Below, one piece after another: positions 55,062 through 63,817 of a DNA stretch of 64,000 bases. The DNA comes from Polyangiales bacterium. GTDB lineage: Bacteria; Myxococcota_A; Polyangia; Polyangiales; JAFGIB01. The DNA lies in the NCBI GenBank assembly GCA_036382515.1, contig DASVHQ010000119.1, positions 715 to 64,714 on the forward strand. The letters are read 5' to 3'. The notes under the pieces are model-generated. The model made no database searches and was not told the origin of the DNA. It saw only the letters and a program-made list of their open reading frames with translations. Both the position numbers and the translations under genes were made by a program. Position 1 is the stretch's first letter, and the number at the start of each line of letters is the position of its first letter.

Positions 55062-55688
55062 ATGGGTTTGGTGTCCAGATGGGTGGTCGTCGTGCTGACG
55101 TGCAGTGTCGTCGCCTGCGGCACCAACAAGTCCAGTGGCGCAACGGCGAGCGGTGCCGCCGGCAAACAGGCCGCAGCGGGGGCTGGCGGGGCAACGGCCA
55201 CGGCCGGTCGCGCTAGCGCTGCGAGCGGCAGTGGTGCGACGGCCACGGCCGGAACCGGTAGCGCTGCCGCTGGCAGCGGCGCAACCGCCACCGCCGGAAC
55301 CGGCAGCGCCAAAGCGGGCAGCGGTGGCAGCGGTGGCAGTGGCGGTGCAGCCGATGGCGGCGTCGATGGCGGCGCCGCGGCGGGCAGTGGGTCGGACGGC
55401 GGCTCGGGCGCTGCCATCCCGTGCACGGATGCCGAATGGACCGCGCAGTGCGGCAGCTCGTGCCCGTTTGCGCCGACGCAGATCGACTGTGCCGCCGCGT
55501 GCAAGAACCTGCCCTCGGTGTGTACAGCCAACTGTCCGCAGTGCGCGGGCGTGAGCCTGGATACTGCCAGCTGCATGGCGGGCTGCGCCCTGTACAAGGG
55601 TGTCACCTGCTACAACCGGCTCTTGGGTTGCTTTGTGAGCAACTCCACCTGCGAAACCGTCACTGCCTGCGCCAACGCGCACCACTGA
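55062..55688 (+). CDS. Lipoprotein with Gly/Ala/Ser/Thr repeat linker and 14-Cys C-terminal domain
   Basis: ATG at 55062 follows GGGAGG. The lipobox is LTCSVVACG. The unit GSGATATAGTGSAxA occurs twice (55227-55316) with synonymous differences between copies. The C-terminal domain is Cys-rich. Confidence 0.7.
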   Translation: MGLVSRWVVVVLTCSVVACGTNKSSGATASGAAGKQAAAGAGGATATAGRASAASGSGATATAGTGSAAAGSGATATAGTGSAKAGSGGSGGSGGAADGGVDGGAAAGSGSDGGSGAAIPCTDAEWTAQCGSSCPFAPTQIDCAAACKNLPSVCTANCPQCAGVSLDTASCMAGCALYKGVTCYNRLLGCFVSNSTCETVTACANAHH

Positions 55689-55724
55689 CACGGCGCGCAC
55701 CGCGAGCGCTCACGCAAGCTGCCG

Positions 55725-56375
55725 TCAGCCGAGCGGCAGGTGCGTGCGTTCGTTGAGCGCGACGACTTTCCAGCCGCCGTGGGCTGCACGCTCCAGGGTG
55801 TGCAGCGCGCAGTGATCCACCTGGAACAAGAGCCGTGTTGCCGCCTGTGCTTCGTCGATGCCCAGAACATGGAAGATCAGCTGCATCACGGTCAGCTGGT
55901 GCGAGACCAGCAGCACGCGCTGGCCCGCGTGTTCGGCGACCACCTGCTCGAGGAACGTCGAGGCGCGCGCACGACACTGCGCGTAGGTCTCGCCGTCGGG
56001 CGGGCAGGCGTGCATTTCCATGCGTAGCAGCGCGGCGAATGCGTCCGGGAAGCGGGCCCTGGCCTCGCCGAAGGTGAGGCCGGTCAACTGACCCACGGAG
56101 CGCTCGCGCAGCGCGCTCGTGGAGCGCACGGAAAGTCTGGTGATCTCGGCGATCACGGCCGCAGTCTCGGCCGCGCGTACGAGATCCGACGCGTAGATCG
56201 CATCGATACCCGCCGCCTTCAGCTGCTGCGCGGCCGCGCGCGCCTGGACGCGACCGTGCTCGGTGAGCGGCGTGGGGCTATGCCCACCGAAGCGCTGCTC
56301 GCGGTTGCCTTCGCTCTCGCCGTGCCGACACAGGATGATGGTGGTCGTCCGTTCGGTAGGCACGGGTTGCGGCAT
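55725..56375 (-). CDS. Histidine phosphatase (phosphoglycerate-mutase-like) family protein
   Basis: Internal ATG at 56375. The RHG motif is ILCRHGESEGN, and VSHQ occurs downstream. Confidence 0.8.
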   Translation of the reverse strand: MPQPVPTERTTTIILCRHGESEGNREQRFGGHSPTPLTEHGRVQARAAAQQLKAAGIDAIYASDLVRAAETAAVIAEITRLSVRSTSALRERSVGQLTGLTFGEARARFPDAFAALLRMEMHACPPDGETYAQCRARASTFLEQVVAEHAGQRVLLVSHQLTVMQLIFHVLGIDEAQAATRLLFQVDHCALHTLERAAHGGWKVVALNERTHLPLG

Positions 56376-56544
56376 GCAGAGCAGGGTCGCACCGGTGTCG
56401 CGGGTTGCCAAGTCGCCGGCGCAGCTCGCGCGCGAGCTTGCGACGCGTACCAGCACGGGGACACGCGCCGCACATGCCACCTGTCACCCGATGGGCACGC
56501 AGTCACGAGCACGTCAGGTGAGCATTTCTCGACGCGCCACCGCC

Positions 56545-56608
56545 ATGGGAAGCTGTGTCTCGGACGGCGAGGCCGGCGCCGGGCGCCTCCAGCAAGGGAG
56601 CTTCCCAT
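56545..56608 (+). promoter_or_regulatory. Structured element in the leader of the isoprenoid-synthase-like/ribBA/ribD operon
   Basis: ATGGGAAGCT (56545-54) pairs perfectly with AGCTTCCCAT (56599-608). The 44-nt interior contains the palindrome CCGGCGCCGG. Confidence 0.35.
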
Positions 56609-56739
56609 CGGCACAGCCTTCGCATAGCTTGCACGTGATGCTGGCGCTCAATTTAGCTCCACATGGCTTTCGTTCATCCGCTTCGGTCTTCGTATCCGGT
56701 TTCATTGGGAACGCCACCGCACGAGCTGGGAGTGAGACT

Positions 56740-57873
56740 ATGGAACGCGATGTGCTCGAGGCTCCGACCGCCACATCCGGCGGCAAGCCCATGACCTTTC
56801 TCAACCGGGTCTTCAGCGGGGCTCGCGTGGTCGGGGCATTCGGCCGCGCCTCTGCTCTGCTACGCGAGGTCGAGGAGGAGCTGAAGGAGCAACTGCTGGA
56901 CGTGGGGCCGAAGCCGAAGGCGCTGCGCTTTCCTCACCTGGAGCTCGCGCCGCAGGCCTACTGGGAGCGCAACTTCTTCAGCATCCTCTTCGTGTCCATC
57001 TTCCAGGCGATCGGCATCGAAGAAGCGCGCGTCCGCGACTACGCCGCGATCATTCACATGGTGCGAGGCATCGTCACGGCCACCGACAACATCCTCGACG
57101 ACGAGGCCAAGGGTGCGCTGCTGGTCGATCTGGGCGCGGGGCGCGTGTTGCCCAACGTGCTGTCGATGCTGCTGCAGGCCGGCAGTCTGCAAGAGCGGCT
57201 GCGCAGCGTCACGGGCAGCGATCTCGAGGCGCGGCGCGCCTGGGGCGTGCTCATCGATCAGCTCTACGCGATCGGCGAGGAAGAGAGCGGCGAAGAGGCG
57301 GCGGTCGAAGAGGTGCTGCATCCAAAACGGCTGCTCGACGAGATCCATCGCTTTCGCGGCGCCAACCTGCTCTTGCTCGCATTCGTGGTGCCCGAGCTGA
57401 ACGAGCCCGATCACGCGGACGCCATCGCGCATGCCAAGGCCGGTGTGTTCCGCATCGGCCTCGCGCTGCAGATCCTCGATGACCTGGCCGACTTCGAGGA
57501 GGATCTGCGACGCCGCAATCACAACGTGCTGCGCAGCTGGCTCGTGCACGGCTGTGGAACGGATGGAAGGGGAGGGCGCGCGATCGCCATCGCCGACTCG
57601 CAGCTCGCGGCGTACACGCCGGCCGAGCTCGCGGCGCCGCACGAGCTGTTTCCGCAGGCGACGGGCGAAGTCATGGTGATGGCGATCGAGCTGGCGCTGC
57701 GAGGCTTCGATCGCCTGCGCCAGACGGGGCACCCGCTGGATCGCGCCACTGCGCGTGAGCTGATGGCCGCGATGTTTCGGCTGCGCGGGCTGCCGCATCT
57801 GTGGGAACGCTACCTGGCTTTCTCCACCCGAGTCGACGACACGACCATCGAACCGTACTTCGAGGGACTATGA
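56740..57873 (+). CDS. Divergent class-1 isoprenoid-synthase-fold (polyprenyl-synthase-like) protein
   Basis: ATG at 56740 follows GGGAGTGAG. The FARM-like block is [10 protein letters not shown]. The SARM-like block is [16 protein letters not shown]. The stop overlaps the ribBA ATG (ATGA). Confidence 0.7.
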   Translation: MERDVLEAPTATSGGKPMTFLNRVFSGARVVGAFGRASALLREVEEELKEQLLDVGPKPKALRFPHLELAPQAYWERNFFSILFVSIFQAIGIEEARVRDYAAIIHMVRGIVTATDNILDDEAKGALLVDLGAGRVLPNVLSMLLQAGSLQERLRSVTGSDLEARRAWGVLIDQLYAIGEEESGEEAAVEEVLHPKRLLDEIHRFRGANLLLLAFVVPELNEPDHADAIAHAKAGVFRIGLALQILDDLADFEEDLRRRNHNVLRSWLVHGCGTDGRGGRAIAIADSQLAAYTPAELAAPHELFPQATGEVMVMAIELALRGFDRLRQTGHPLDRATARELMAAMFRLRGLPHLWERYLAFSTRVDDTTIEPYFEGL

Positions 57874-59141
57874 GCAGTGCGCAGCAACCCACAGCGCGAG
57901 CCAGCGGGCTCGCCACGACACAGGAGCTGATCGAGGAGCTGGAGCAAGCCAGGCCGATCATCGTGGTCGACGACGAAGACCGCGAAAACGAGGGCGACCT
58001 CATCATGGCGGCCGACCACGTGACGCCGGAGCAGATGGCCTTCACGATCCGCCACACCGGCGGCGTGGTCTGTCTGGCGATGCCGAACAGCCTGGCGGAT
58101 CATCTCGAGCTACCCGCGATGGTTCAGAACAACACCGCGCGTCTGAAGACGGCGTACACGGTGTCGATCGAGGCCAAGCACGGGGTCACGACCGGCATCA
58201 GCGCGCAAGATCGCGTCACCACGATTCGCACGACCGTGAGCCGGGGCGTGACGGCGGCAGACCTCACGCGTCCCGGGCACGTGTTTCCGCTGCGTGCGCG
58301 CGATCGAGGTGTGCTGGAGCGCACCGGTCATACGGAGGCGGCAGTCGATCTCTGCCGGCTGGCCGGGCTCTCTGCGGTGGGCGCGATCAGCGAGCTGATG
58401 CACGACGACGGCACGCTGATGCGCTTGCCGGCGATCCTCGACTTCGCGCGCACGCACGGCCTGCGCGTGGGCACGATCGCGGATCTGGTCGCATATCGAC
58501 TGCGCACCGAGTCCTTCGTCACGCACGTCGCGACCGCCCGGTTGCCCACCGAGCATGGCGAGTTCGACGTGCACGGGTTCAGAGACGAGCTGCGCGGTCA
58601 GGAGCACCTGGCGCTGAGCATGGGCGATATCCGCGACGGCCGCCCCGTGCTCGTGCGCGTGCACTCGGAGTGCCTGACCGGCGACACGCTCGGCTCGCTG
58701 CGTTGCGACTGCGGTCCGCAGCGGGTGGCAGCCCTGCAACGAATCGCTGCAGCAGGTCGTGGCGTGCTGCTGTACCTGCGGCAGGAGGGTCGCGGGATCG
58801 GCCTGCTCAACAAGCTTCGCGCCTATGCGTTGCAAGACGGCGGCGCCGACACAGTCGAGGCGAACACGCAACTGGGGTTCGGCGCCGACGAGCGCGACTA
58901 CGCGGCGGGTGCGCAGATCCTGCGTGCGCTGGGCATCGAGCAAGTGCAGCTGATGACCAACAACCCGCACAAGCTCGCGGGCCTGACGCGGTTTGGAACC
59001 CGTGTGGTCGAGCGCGTGCCACTGCTGGTCGGCGGTGGCAAGCACAATCGCCGCTATCTCGCGACCAAGGCCGAGAAGCTTGGCCACATCTTGTACGAAA
59101 CGCGTTCGGTGGAGCGGGTCACGCCGCTCGACGGCGAGTGA
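57870..59141 (+). CDS. ribBA: Bifunctional DHBP synthase / GTP cyclohydrolase II
   Basis: [34 protein letters not shown] and GRGIGL. Confidence 0.95.
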   Translation: MSSAQQPTARASGLATTQELIEELEQARPIIVVDDEDRENEGDLIMAADHVTPEQMAFTIRHTGGVVCLAMPNSLADHLELPAMVQNNTARLKTAYTVSIEAKHGVTTGISAQDRVTTIRTTVSRGVTAADLTRPGHVFPLRARDRGVLERTGHTEAAVDLCRLAGLSAVGAISELMHDDGTLMRLPAILDFARTHGLRVGTIADLVAYRLRTESFVTHVATARLPTEHGEFDVHGFRDELRGQEHLALSMGDIRDGRPVLVRVHSECLTGDTLGSLRCDCGPQRVAALQRIAAAGRGVLLYLRQEGRGIGLLNKLRAYALQDGGADTVEANTQLGFGADERDYAAGAQILRALGIEQVQLMTNNPHKLAGLTRFGTRVVERVPLLVGGGKHNRRYLATKAEKLGHILYETRSVERVTPLDGE

Positions 59142-59154
59142 GGTGGAAGCTGTC

Positions 59155-60132
59155 GTGTCCACGCTCGACGTCCGCATGATGAAGCGCGCATTGCGCGCAG
59201 CCGAGCGCGGCGATCCAAGCCCCAATCCCCACGTGGGCGCAGTGCTCGCGCGCGGCGATCAGGTAATTTCCGTGGGCTACCACGCGTGCTGCGGCCAGGC
59301 GCATGCCGAAGTGGATGCCATCCGGCGAGCGGCTGGCAGCGTCCGCGGCGCGACGCTCTACGTGACGCTCGAGCCGTGCAACCACCATGGGCGCACGCCG
59401 CCCTGCACCGAGGCGATCCTCGCGGCCGGCATCGAGCGCGTGGTGGTGGGCTGCGAGGACCCGGCACCGCACGTGCCGGGCAGCGCCCGGCGGCTGCGCC
59501 GCGCCGGCGTGGAGGTCGTGGTTGGCGTGGAACGCGAGCGCGCACGCGCCATGATCGTGGACTTCGAGAAGTTCATGCTCCACGGCCTGCCTTACGTGAC
59601 GCTGACGGCGGCGGCGACGCTCGCCGGGCGCGAGGCCGCCCGCAGCGGCAACGCGAAGCGACCTGGTGGGCGGGCTGCCGGCCGCAGCGCGCATCACTTG
59701 CGAGCGCAGGCGGACGCCGTGTTGGTCGGTGTCGGCACGGTGCTCGCCGATGATCCGGAGCTGACCGACGGTCTCGGACGCGGGCGAATTCCCTTGCGCG
59801 TCGTGCTCGACACGCAGCTACGAACCCCGCCATGCTCGAGGCTCGTGTCGACTGCGCCGCAAGTGCGCACGCTGATCTTGCACGGCAAAGCGGCGAGTCC
59901 GGTGCGGGCGCGCCGGCTGGCCGAGGCGGGTGTCGAGCTTGCGCGCGTGCGCACCAGCGCTTGCGGCCGGCTTGCGTTGCGCGATGTGCTTCGAACGCTG
60001 GCCAGGCGTGATGTCGTGCGCCTGCTCGTCGCGGGGGGAGCAGGCGTGCACGGCGCCTTCCTGGACGCCGGGCTTGCCGATCGCGTCGATGACTCCGTGC
60101 TCGTGGTCGGCCCGCTGCTGCGCCGCGCCTGA
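59155..60132 (+). CDS. ribD: Riboflavin biosynthesis deaminase/reductase RibD (reductase domain divergent, short C-terminus)
   Basis: GTG at 59155 follows AGGTGG. The protein reads PNPHVGAVL, HAEVDAI and TLEPCNHHGRTPPC. The reductase part reads LVGVGTVLADDPELT. Confidence 0.85.
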   Translation: MSTLDVRMMKRALRAAERGDPSPNPHVGAVLARGDQVISVGYHACCGQAHAEVDAIRRAAGSVRGATLYVTLEPCNHHGRTPPCTEAILAAGIERVVVGCEDPAPHVPGSARRLRRAGVEVVVGVERERARAMIVDFEKFMLHGLPYVTLTAAATLAGREAARSGNAKRPGGRAAGRSAHHLRAQADAVLVGVGTVLADDPELTDGLGRGRIPLRVVLDTQLRTPPCSRLVSTAPQVRTLILHGKAASPVRARRLAEAGVELARVRTSACGRLALRDVLRTLARRDVVRLLVAGGAGVHGAFLDAGLADRVDDSVLVVGPLLRRA

Positions 60133-60178
60133 GCTCCGGGCTGCGGCGCACGCCGATCGAGTGGGGCGCGTGCTGCCT

Positions 60179-60892
60179 TCACGGCAACGGCTGATCCGAC
60201 GCGGCGAACAGTGCCACCGAGCCGACCACCGTGCAGCGCACGTTGGCGAAGTGTGCGGCCAGCGCACGTCGCAGCCCAGCCTCGGTGTCGGTCAAGTTGT
60301 GAAAGCTGCCGATCAGATTGAACAGGTCGAGCATGCGGCGCGCGCGCCAGCTGCTCGCCGAGGCTTTCCCGAGAATCGTGCTGCCGAACAGGATCCCGTC
60401 CGGCGCGAGCACGGCTTTGAGATTGCCGATCACGACCTGCTTCTGTTCGAAGCCACCGGGCAGACAGTGCAGCACGTAGTTGAGGCAGATGCTCTCGAAC
60501 GGGCATGCGACCGGCGGCAGCGGTAAGAAGAGGTTGTGGTGGAGCAGCGTCGGTTGGTAGCTGCGCAGCCGGCGTGCCGACCACTTCAGGCTCGACGGGC
60601 TGTAGTCGAGCAGGGTCAGCATGGGTGGTTGGTGAGAACCGCGCTGCGCAGCGGCGGGGATGCAATGTGCTGGCAGGTGGCCGGTGCCGCAGCCAGCCTC
60701 GAGATGAACGTCGCGCACGTGGCGTCGGTAGAAGTCTTTGATGCTCTCGCTCGGGCACTGCCAGATGCCAGGATTCCAGATCCCGTAAACACCGACGTCG
60801 TACAGGGACAGAATGCCCACGTTGTACGGCCGCACGGCGCGCCAGACTTCCCGGTCGAACTTCTGATCCGTCGTGGTGTTCATGGGGCTCAT
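60179..60892 (-). CDS. Class I SAM-dependent methyltransferase
   Basis: Motif I is HLEAGCGTG, and ILFGST follows later. Confidence 0.75.
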   Translation of the reverse strand: MSPMNTTTDQKFDREVWRAVRPYNVGILSLYDVGVYGIWNPGIWQCPSESIKDFYRRHVRDVHLEAGCGTGHLPAHCIPAAAQRGSHQPPMLTLLDYSPSSLKWSARRLRSYQPTLLHHNLFLPLPPVACPFESICLNYVLHCLPGGFEQKQVVIGNLKAVLAPDGILFGSTILGKASASSWRARRMLDLFNLIGSFHNLTDTEAGLRRALAAHFANVRCTVVGSVALFAASDQPLP

Positions 60893-61374
60893 CCGAAGGA
60901 CTTCGCTCGGAGGGCCCCTCGTGTTCAGCGCGTTCAGCGCGCGCGAGGGAGGCTCAGCGTACGAGAACTGAAGAGCGGAACGGGACCGACCATCTCATGC
61001 ACCGCAATGAGGGTCAACCTGTCACCCGCTTGGGTAGGCACCTCGGGGGTTACGAGACGCGTGGCATCGAGCCGCCATCCGCGCGCCTTGCGCGCTCACG
61101 AGCCCGAGACTGGGTTCGACGCATGGTCGATGCACCGATCGATGCCGCCGCGGCAGCCCGTCTGTCGCGCGTCCAGCACACGCTGACACTCGCCCTGACC
61201 CACTACGGTCGCAAGACAGGCGGGGCGTATCGCGTCACCATCTTCTTCACGGCCGACGGCGATCACGTCAACCTATTTCGCGGCGGTTGCTTAGCGCCTG
61301 GGGGCCGCGACCGGAAGCGCCCGCCCCGCCATGTGCATCAGGCGACCTCCAAAAACGAACGCGAAAACCAGACC

Positions 61375-61402
61375 TTGACACCCACACAACGGTAGCTAAT
61401 CT
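61375..61402 (+). promoter_or_regulatory. Candidate promoter TTGACA-16-TAATCT for tRNA-Asn
   Basis: Hexamers counted by hand. The -10 element ends 11 nt before the tRNA 5' end. Confidence 0.45.
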
Positions 61403-61413
61403 GCGCACCCTAT

Positions 61414-61489
61414 TCCGGAATAGCTCAGCTGGTAGAGCAGGCGGCTGTTAACCGCCGGGTCGTAGGTTCGAGTCCTACTTCCGGAGCCA
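61414..61489 (+). tRNA. tRNA-Asn (anticodon GTT), CCA encoded
   Basis: Cloverleaf folded by hand. The acceptor is TCCGGAA/TTCCGGA, the D stem GCTC/GAGC and the anticodon stem GGCGG/CCGCC. The anticodon loop is CTGTTAA. The T stem is GTAGG/CCTAC with loop TTCGAGT. The discriminator is G, followed by CCA. Confidence 0.95.
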
Positions 61490-62208
61490 AGACCCCCCTT
61501 TTGTGAGGACCGCCTCGGGACGGTTAACTTCGTCCGGCCGAAGCGAGGGGGCGGCGGCCATGAAGGCCAGCACGTTCAGGGGTTTGGCCTTGATCGCGAT
61601 CCGGTCCGTGTGGACCACGATCTCCTCGACCAAGAAGTTCAGTGAACAACTTGTCGGCCAGGTGATCGAGCACAAGGCGATCGAGGACGTTCACACGGAG
61701 GCGCTTCCCCTTGCACTTGCTCTTGCCGATCCGGGTGAAGGTTCGGCAGTTGTAGTACGCATGAGGGTGTTCGCCTGCGAAGACCTTGCCCGACGTTTCC
61801 TTGGTGAAGCTCGCCCCGCAGTGCCCGCACTTGATGAGACCCGCCAACAAGAGCGGGCTCGACGGCGTACGACCGGGGGTTGTCTTGGGGTTGCGGCGTT
61901 CGCGGATCGTCTGAGCGAGATCAAAAACGTCACGCTCTACGAATCCTTCGACTTCGAGCGGTATCCACTCGCTCCGAGCCCGAGGCTTCTTGCCCGCCGT
62001 GTCCCACGTGCCCCAGTAGTAGGTGCCAGCGCCAGCTTCCTCCTCGATCACCCGGAGCACGTCATCCTTGGTCCAAGCACCGCCACGGTACTCGATGCCT
62101 CGCCGGTTCAGCTCGGCCGCGACAGCCTTCGCTCCCCTCCCATCAACCCACAGGCCGAAGAGCATTCGGCTCTCCGCGAGAAGGCCGTCAAGATCGAACC
62201 CTGGATCC
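61490..62208 (-). pseudogene. Remnant of a large serine recombinase (recombinase domain + zinc ribbon only; no catalytic domain; frameshifted)
   Basis: ORF 61524..62165 reads AAELNRRGIEYRGGAWTKDDV..LAGLIKCGHCGASF..YYNCRTF..SKCKGKRLRVNVLDRLVLDHLADKLF. The family-like C-terminus FLVEEIVVHTDRIAIKAKP continues in another frame (ORF 61475..61675). There is no room for the N-terminal resolvase domain. Confidence 0.65.
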
Positions 62209-62526
62209 CTACGCCGCCTTGACCTCGACCTTCAACTTCACACCGGCAGCGTCCAGCTCACCCTGTACTGCAAGCTTCACGAATTGACTCTCCGAGTACC
62301 CAAGCAGCTTGGCCCACTTGGAAGCCCGCTCCACGCTCACGTTCCTGCGGCCCTTCTCGATGTCGCACAGGTTGGCCCGTGAAACGCCGAGCTTCTTGGC
62401 GAAGACTTCCAGGGTGATGTGCTCCCCCTCTCGGATGGCGCTCAAGTACGAACCGAACGTCAACGGCCCGACCATAGCCTCCAAGGCCGAGCGGGCATCC
62501 ACAGTCTTCTTGCGGCTTGTCTTCAT
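62209..62526 (-). CDS. XRE-family helix-turn-helix protein (antitoxin-like)
   Basis: Internal ATG at 62526. The protein reads ITLEVFAKKLGVSRANLCDIEKGRRNVSVERASKWAKLLG. The gene has visibly lower GC than its flanks. Confidence 0.7.
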   Translation of the reverse strand: MKTSRKKTVDARSALEAMVGPLTFGSYLSAIREGEHITLEVFAKKLGVSRANLCDIEKGRRNVSVERASKWAKLLGYSESQFVKLAVQGELDAAGVKLKVEVKAA

Positions 62527-62602
62527 GGCTTGCCTCAGTTGTTCTCGTTCTGGTTGATATCTTCGATCCACACGACGCCGCCACGCTCGCCGCCACGGCG
62601 CT

Positions 62603-63817
62603 TCAGCCGGCGACCAGCGTGATGGTCGCAATCTCGGCCGGTGCGAGCACGCGCATGGGCGGTCCCCAGAAACCCGTGCCTCGGCTGACGTAGATCTGGG
62701 TGTCGGCCTGCCGGTGCAGCCCCGCGAGGTACGGCTGGGCCAGCATGACCAGCGCGCCGAACGGCTGGATCTGCCCACCATGCGTGTGGCCCGACAGCTG
62801 CAATCCTGCACCGACCTCGACGGCCTGCGCGATCTGGACCGGCTGATGCGCGAGCACGACGAGCTCACGCTCCGGGTCGCGACCCTTCGCCGCCAGCTGC
62901 ATGTTGGGCGCGATCGCGGGGTAGCGGGTGGCGTGGTGATCGGGTACTCCGAGCAGGTCGAAGCTCGCGCCCCCGGGGCCGCTGTCGCCGATCGCTACCC
63001 GTTCGTTCATGAGCACCGGGATGCCGAGCTGCTCCAGAAACACCACCCACGGATCGCAGCCCGAGTAGTACTCGTGGTTGCCGGTGACGAAGTAGGTGCC
63101 GTGGCGCGCACGCAGCTTGGACAAGAGCCCGATCTCGTGGCCGAGGACCGCGACCGAGCCGTCGACCAGATCGCCCGTGATCACGATGAGGTCGGGTTTC
63201 AGCCGCAGCGTCGTCTCGATCACCGCGCGCAGGAAGCGCTCGCCGAGCATGGGTCCGATGTGCACGTCGGAGATCTGCGCGATGCGAAAGCCATCGAGGG
63301 CTCGGGGCAGTCGGGCAAGCCGCACCGGTACCTCGGGCGTGGTGATCTCGCCCAGGCCCGCATGGATGCCGAAGCCCGCCGTGGACACGGCCGCCAGGCT
63401 GCTGGCGGAGGCCAGCGCACGCGCCACGAACACGCGGCGGCTGAGGGCTTCGTGCGGGCTGGCCTGCTCTGCGTTCGTTGCTGCTTGGCTGCCTGCTCGC
63501 AGGCGTTGTAGCCACGAGAGCCACTGGCCCGGCGCGTTCACGAGGGCCCGCAGCGAGTCGCGAGCGCCGAAGATCACGACCAGGTAGAACAGGCAGCCGA
63601 GCCAGCCGTACGCGATCCGCGAAGGCCACAGCGCGAGCACGCGCTGTCCGCGTATGCCCAACGTGAAGGCCGCTGGGATCGACAGCGCCAGCGCGGCGAT
63701 GAACGTCCAGGCGGAGCGTCGCAGGCGCACCGGTAGGCGCGTGTCATGGAACAGCCGCCTGCCCACGTAGTAGTGCAAGAGGCCGAGAACGCTGCAGAAG
63801 ACTGCGAAGAAAATCAT
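62603..63817 (-). CDS. Membrane-anchored metallophosphoesterase
   Basis: N-terminal TM segments, then ISDVHIG, ITGDLVDG, TGNHEY and SGHTHGG. Confidence 0.85.
   Translation of the reverse strand: MIFFAVFCSVLGLLHYYVGRRLFHDTRLPVRLRRSAWTFIAALALSIPAAFTLGIRGQRVLALWPSRIAYGWLGCLFYLVVIFGARDSLRALVNAPGQWLSWLQRLRAGSQAATNAEQASPHEALSRRVFVARALASASSLAAVSTAGFGIHAGLGEITTPEVPVRLARLPRALDGFRIAQISDVHIGPMLGERFLRAVIETTLRLKPDLIVITGDLVDGSVAVLGHEIGLLSKLRARHGTYFVTGNHEYYSGCDPWVVFLEQLGIPVLMNERVAIGDSGPGGASFDLLGVPDHHATRYPAIAPNMQLAAKGRDPERELVVLAHQPVQIAQAVEVGAGLQLSGHTHGGQIQPFGALVMLAQPYLAGLHRQADTQIYVSRGTGFWGPPMRVLAPAEIATITLVAG

Noticed and set aside
56376-56739. Expected an FMN (RFN) riboswitch in front of the rib genes
   Set aside because: I could not find the conserved RFN blocks (GGUGAAAUUCC, ACCGAC.GU..AGUC.GGAUG) on either strand. 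Only an unrelated hairpin is present, and it is reported separately. A covariance-model scan would be decisive.
61123-61395. Possible small ORF (MVDAPIDAAAAARLSRVQHTLTLALTHYGRKTGGAYRVTIFFTADGDHVNLF..) upstream of tRNA-Asn
   Set aside because: The first 55 codons or so have coding-like third-position GC. However, the ORF runs through the putative tRNA promoter, has no clear RBS, and its tail is low-complexity. It may be a gene fragment, and the evidence is too weak to annotate.
62526-62610. Search for an attR-like direct repeat of the tRNA-Asn 3' end at the far side of the low-GC island
   Set aside because: Only a 9-nt imperfect match was found (TTCGATCC against TTCGAGTCC), which is not distinguishable from chance.
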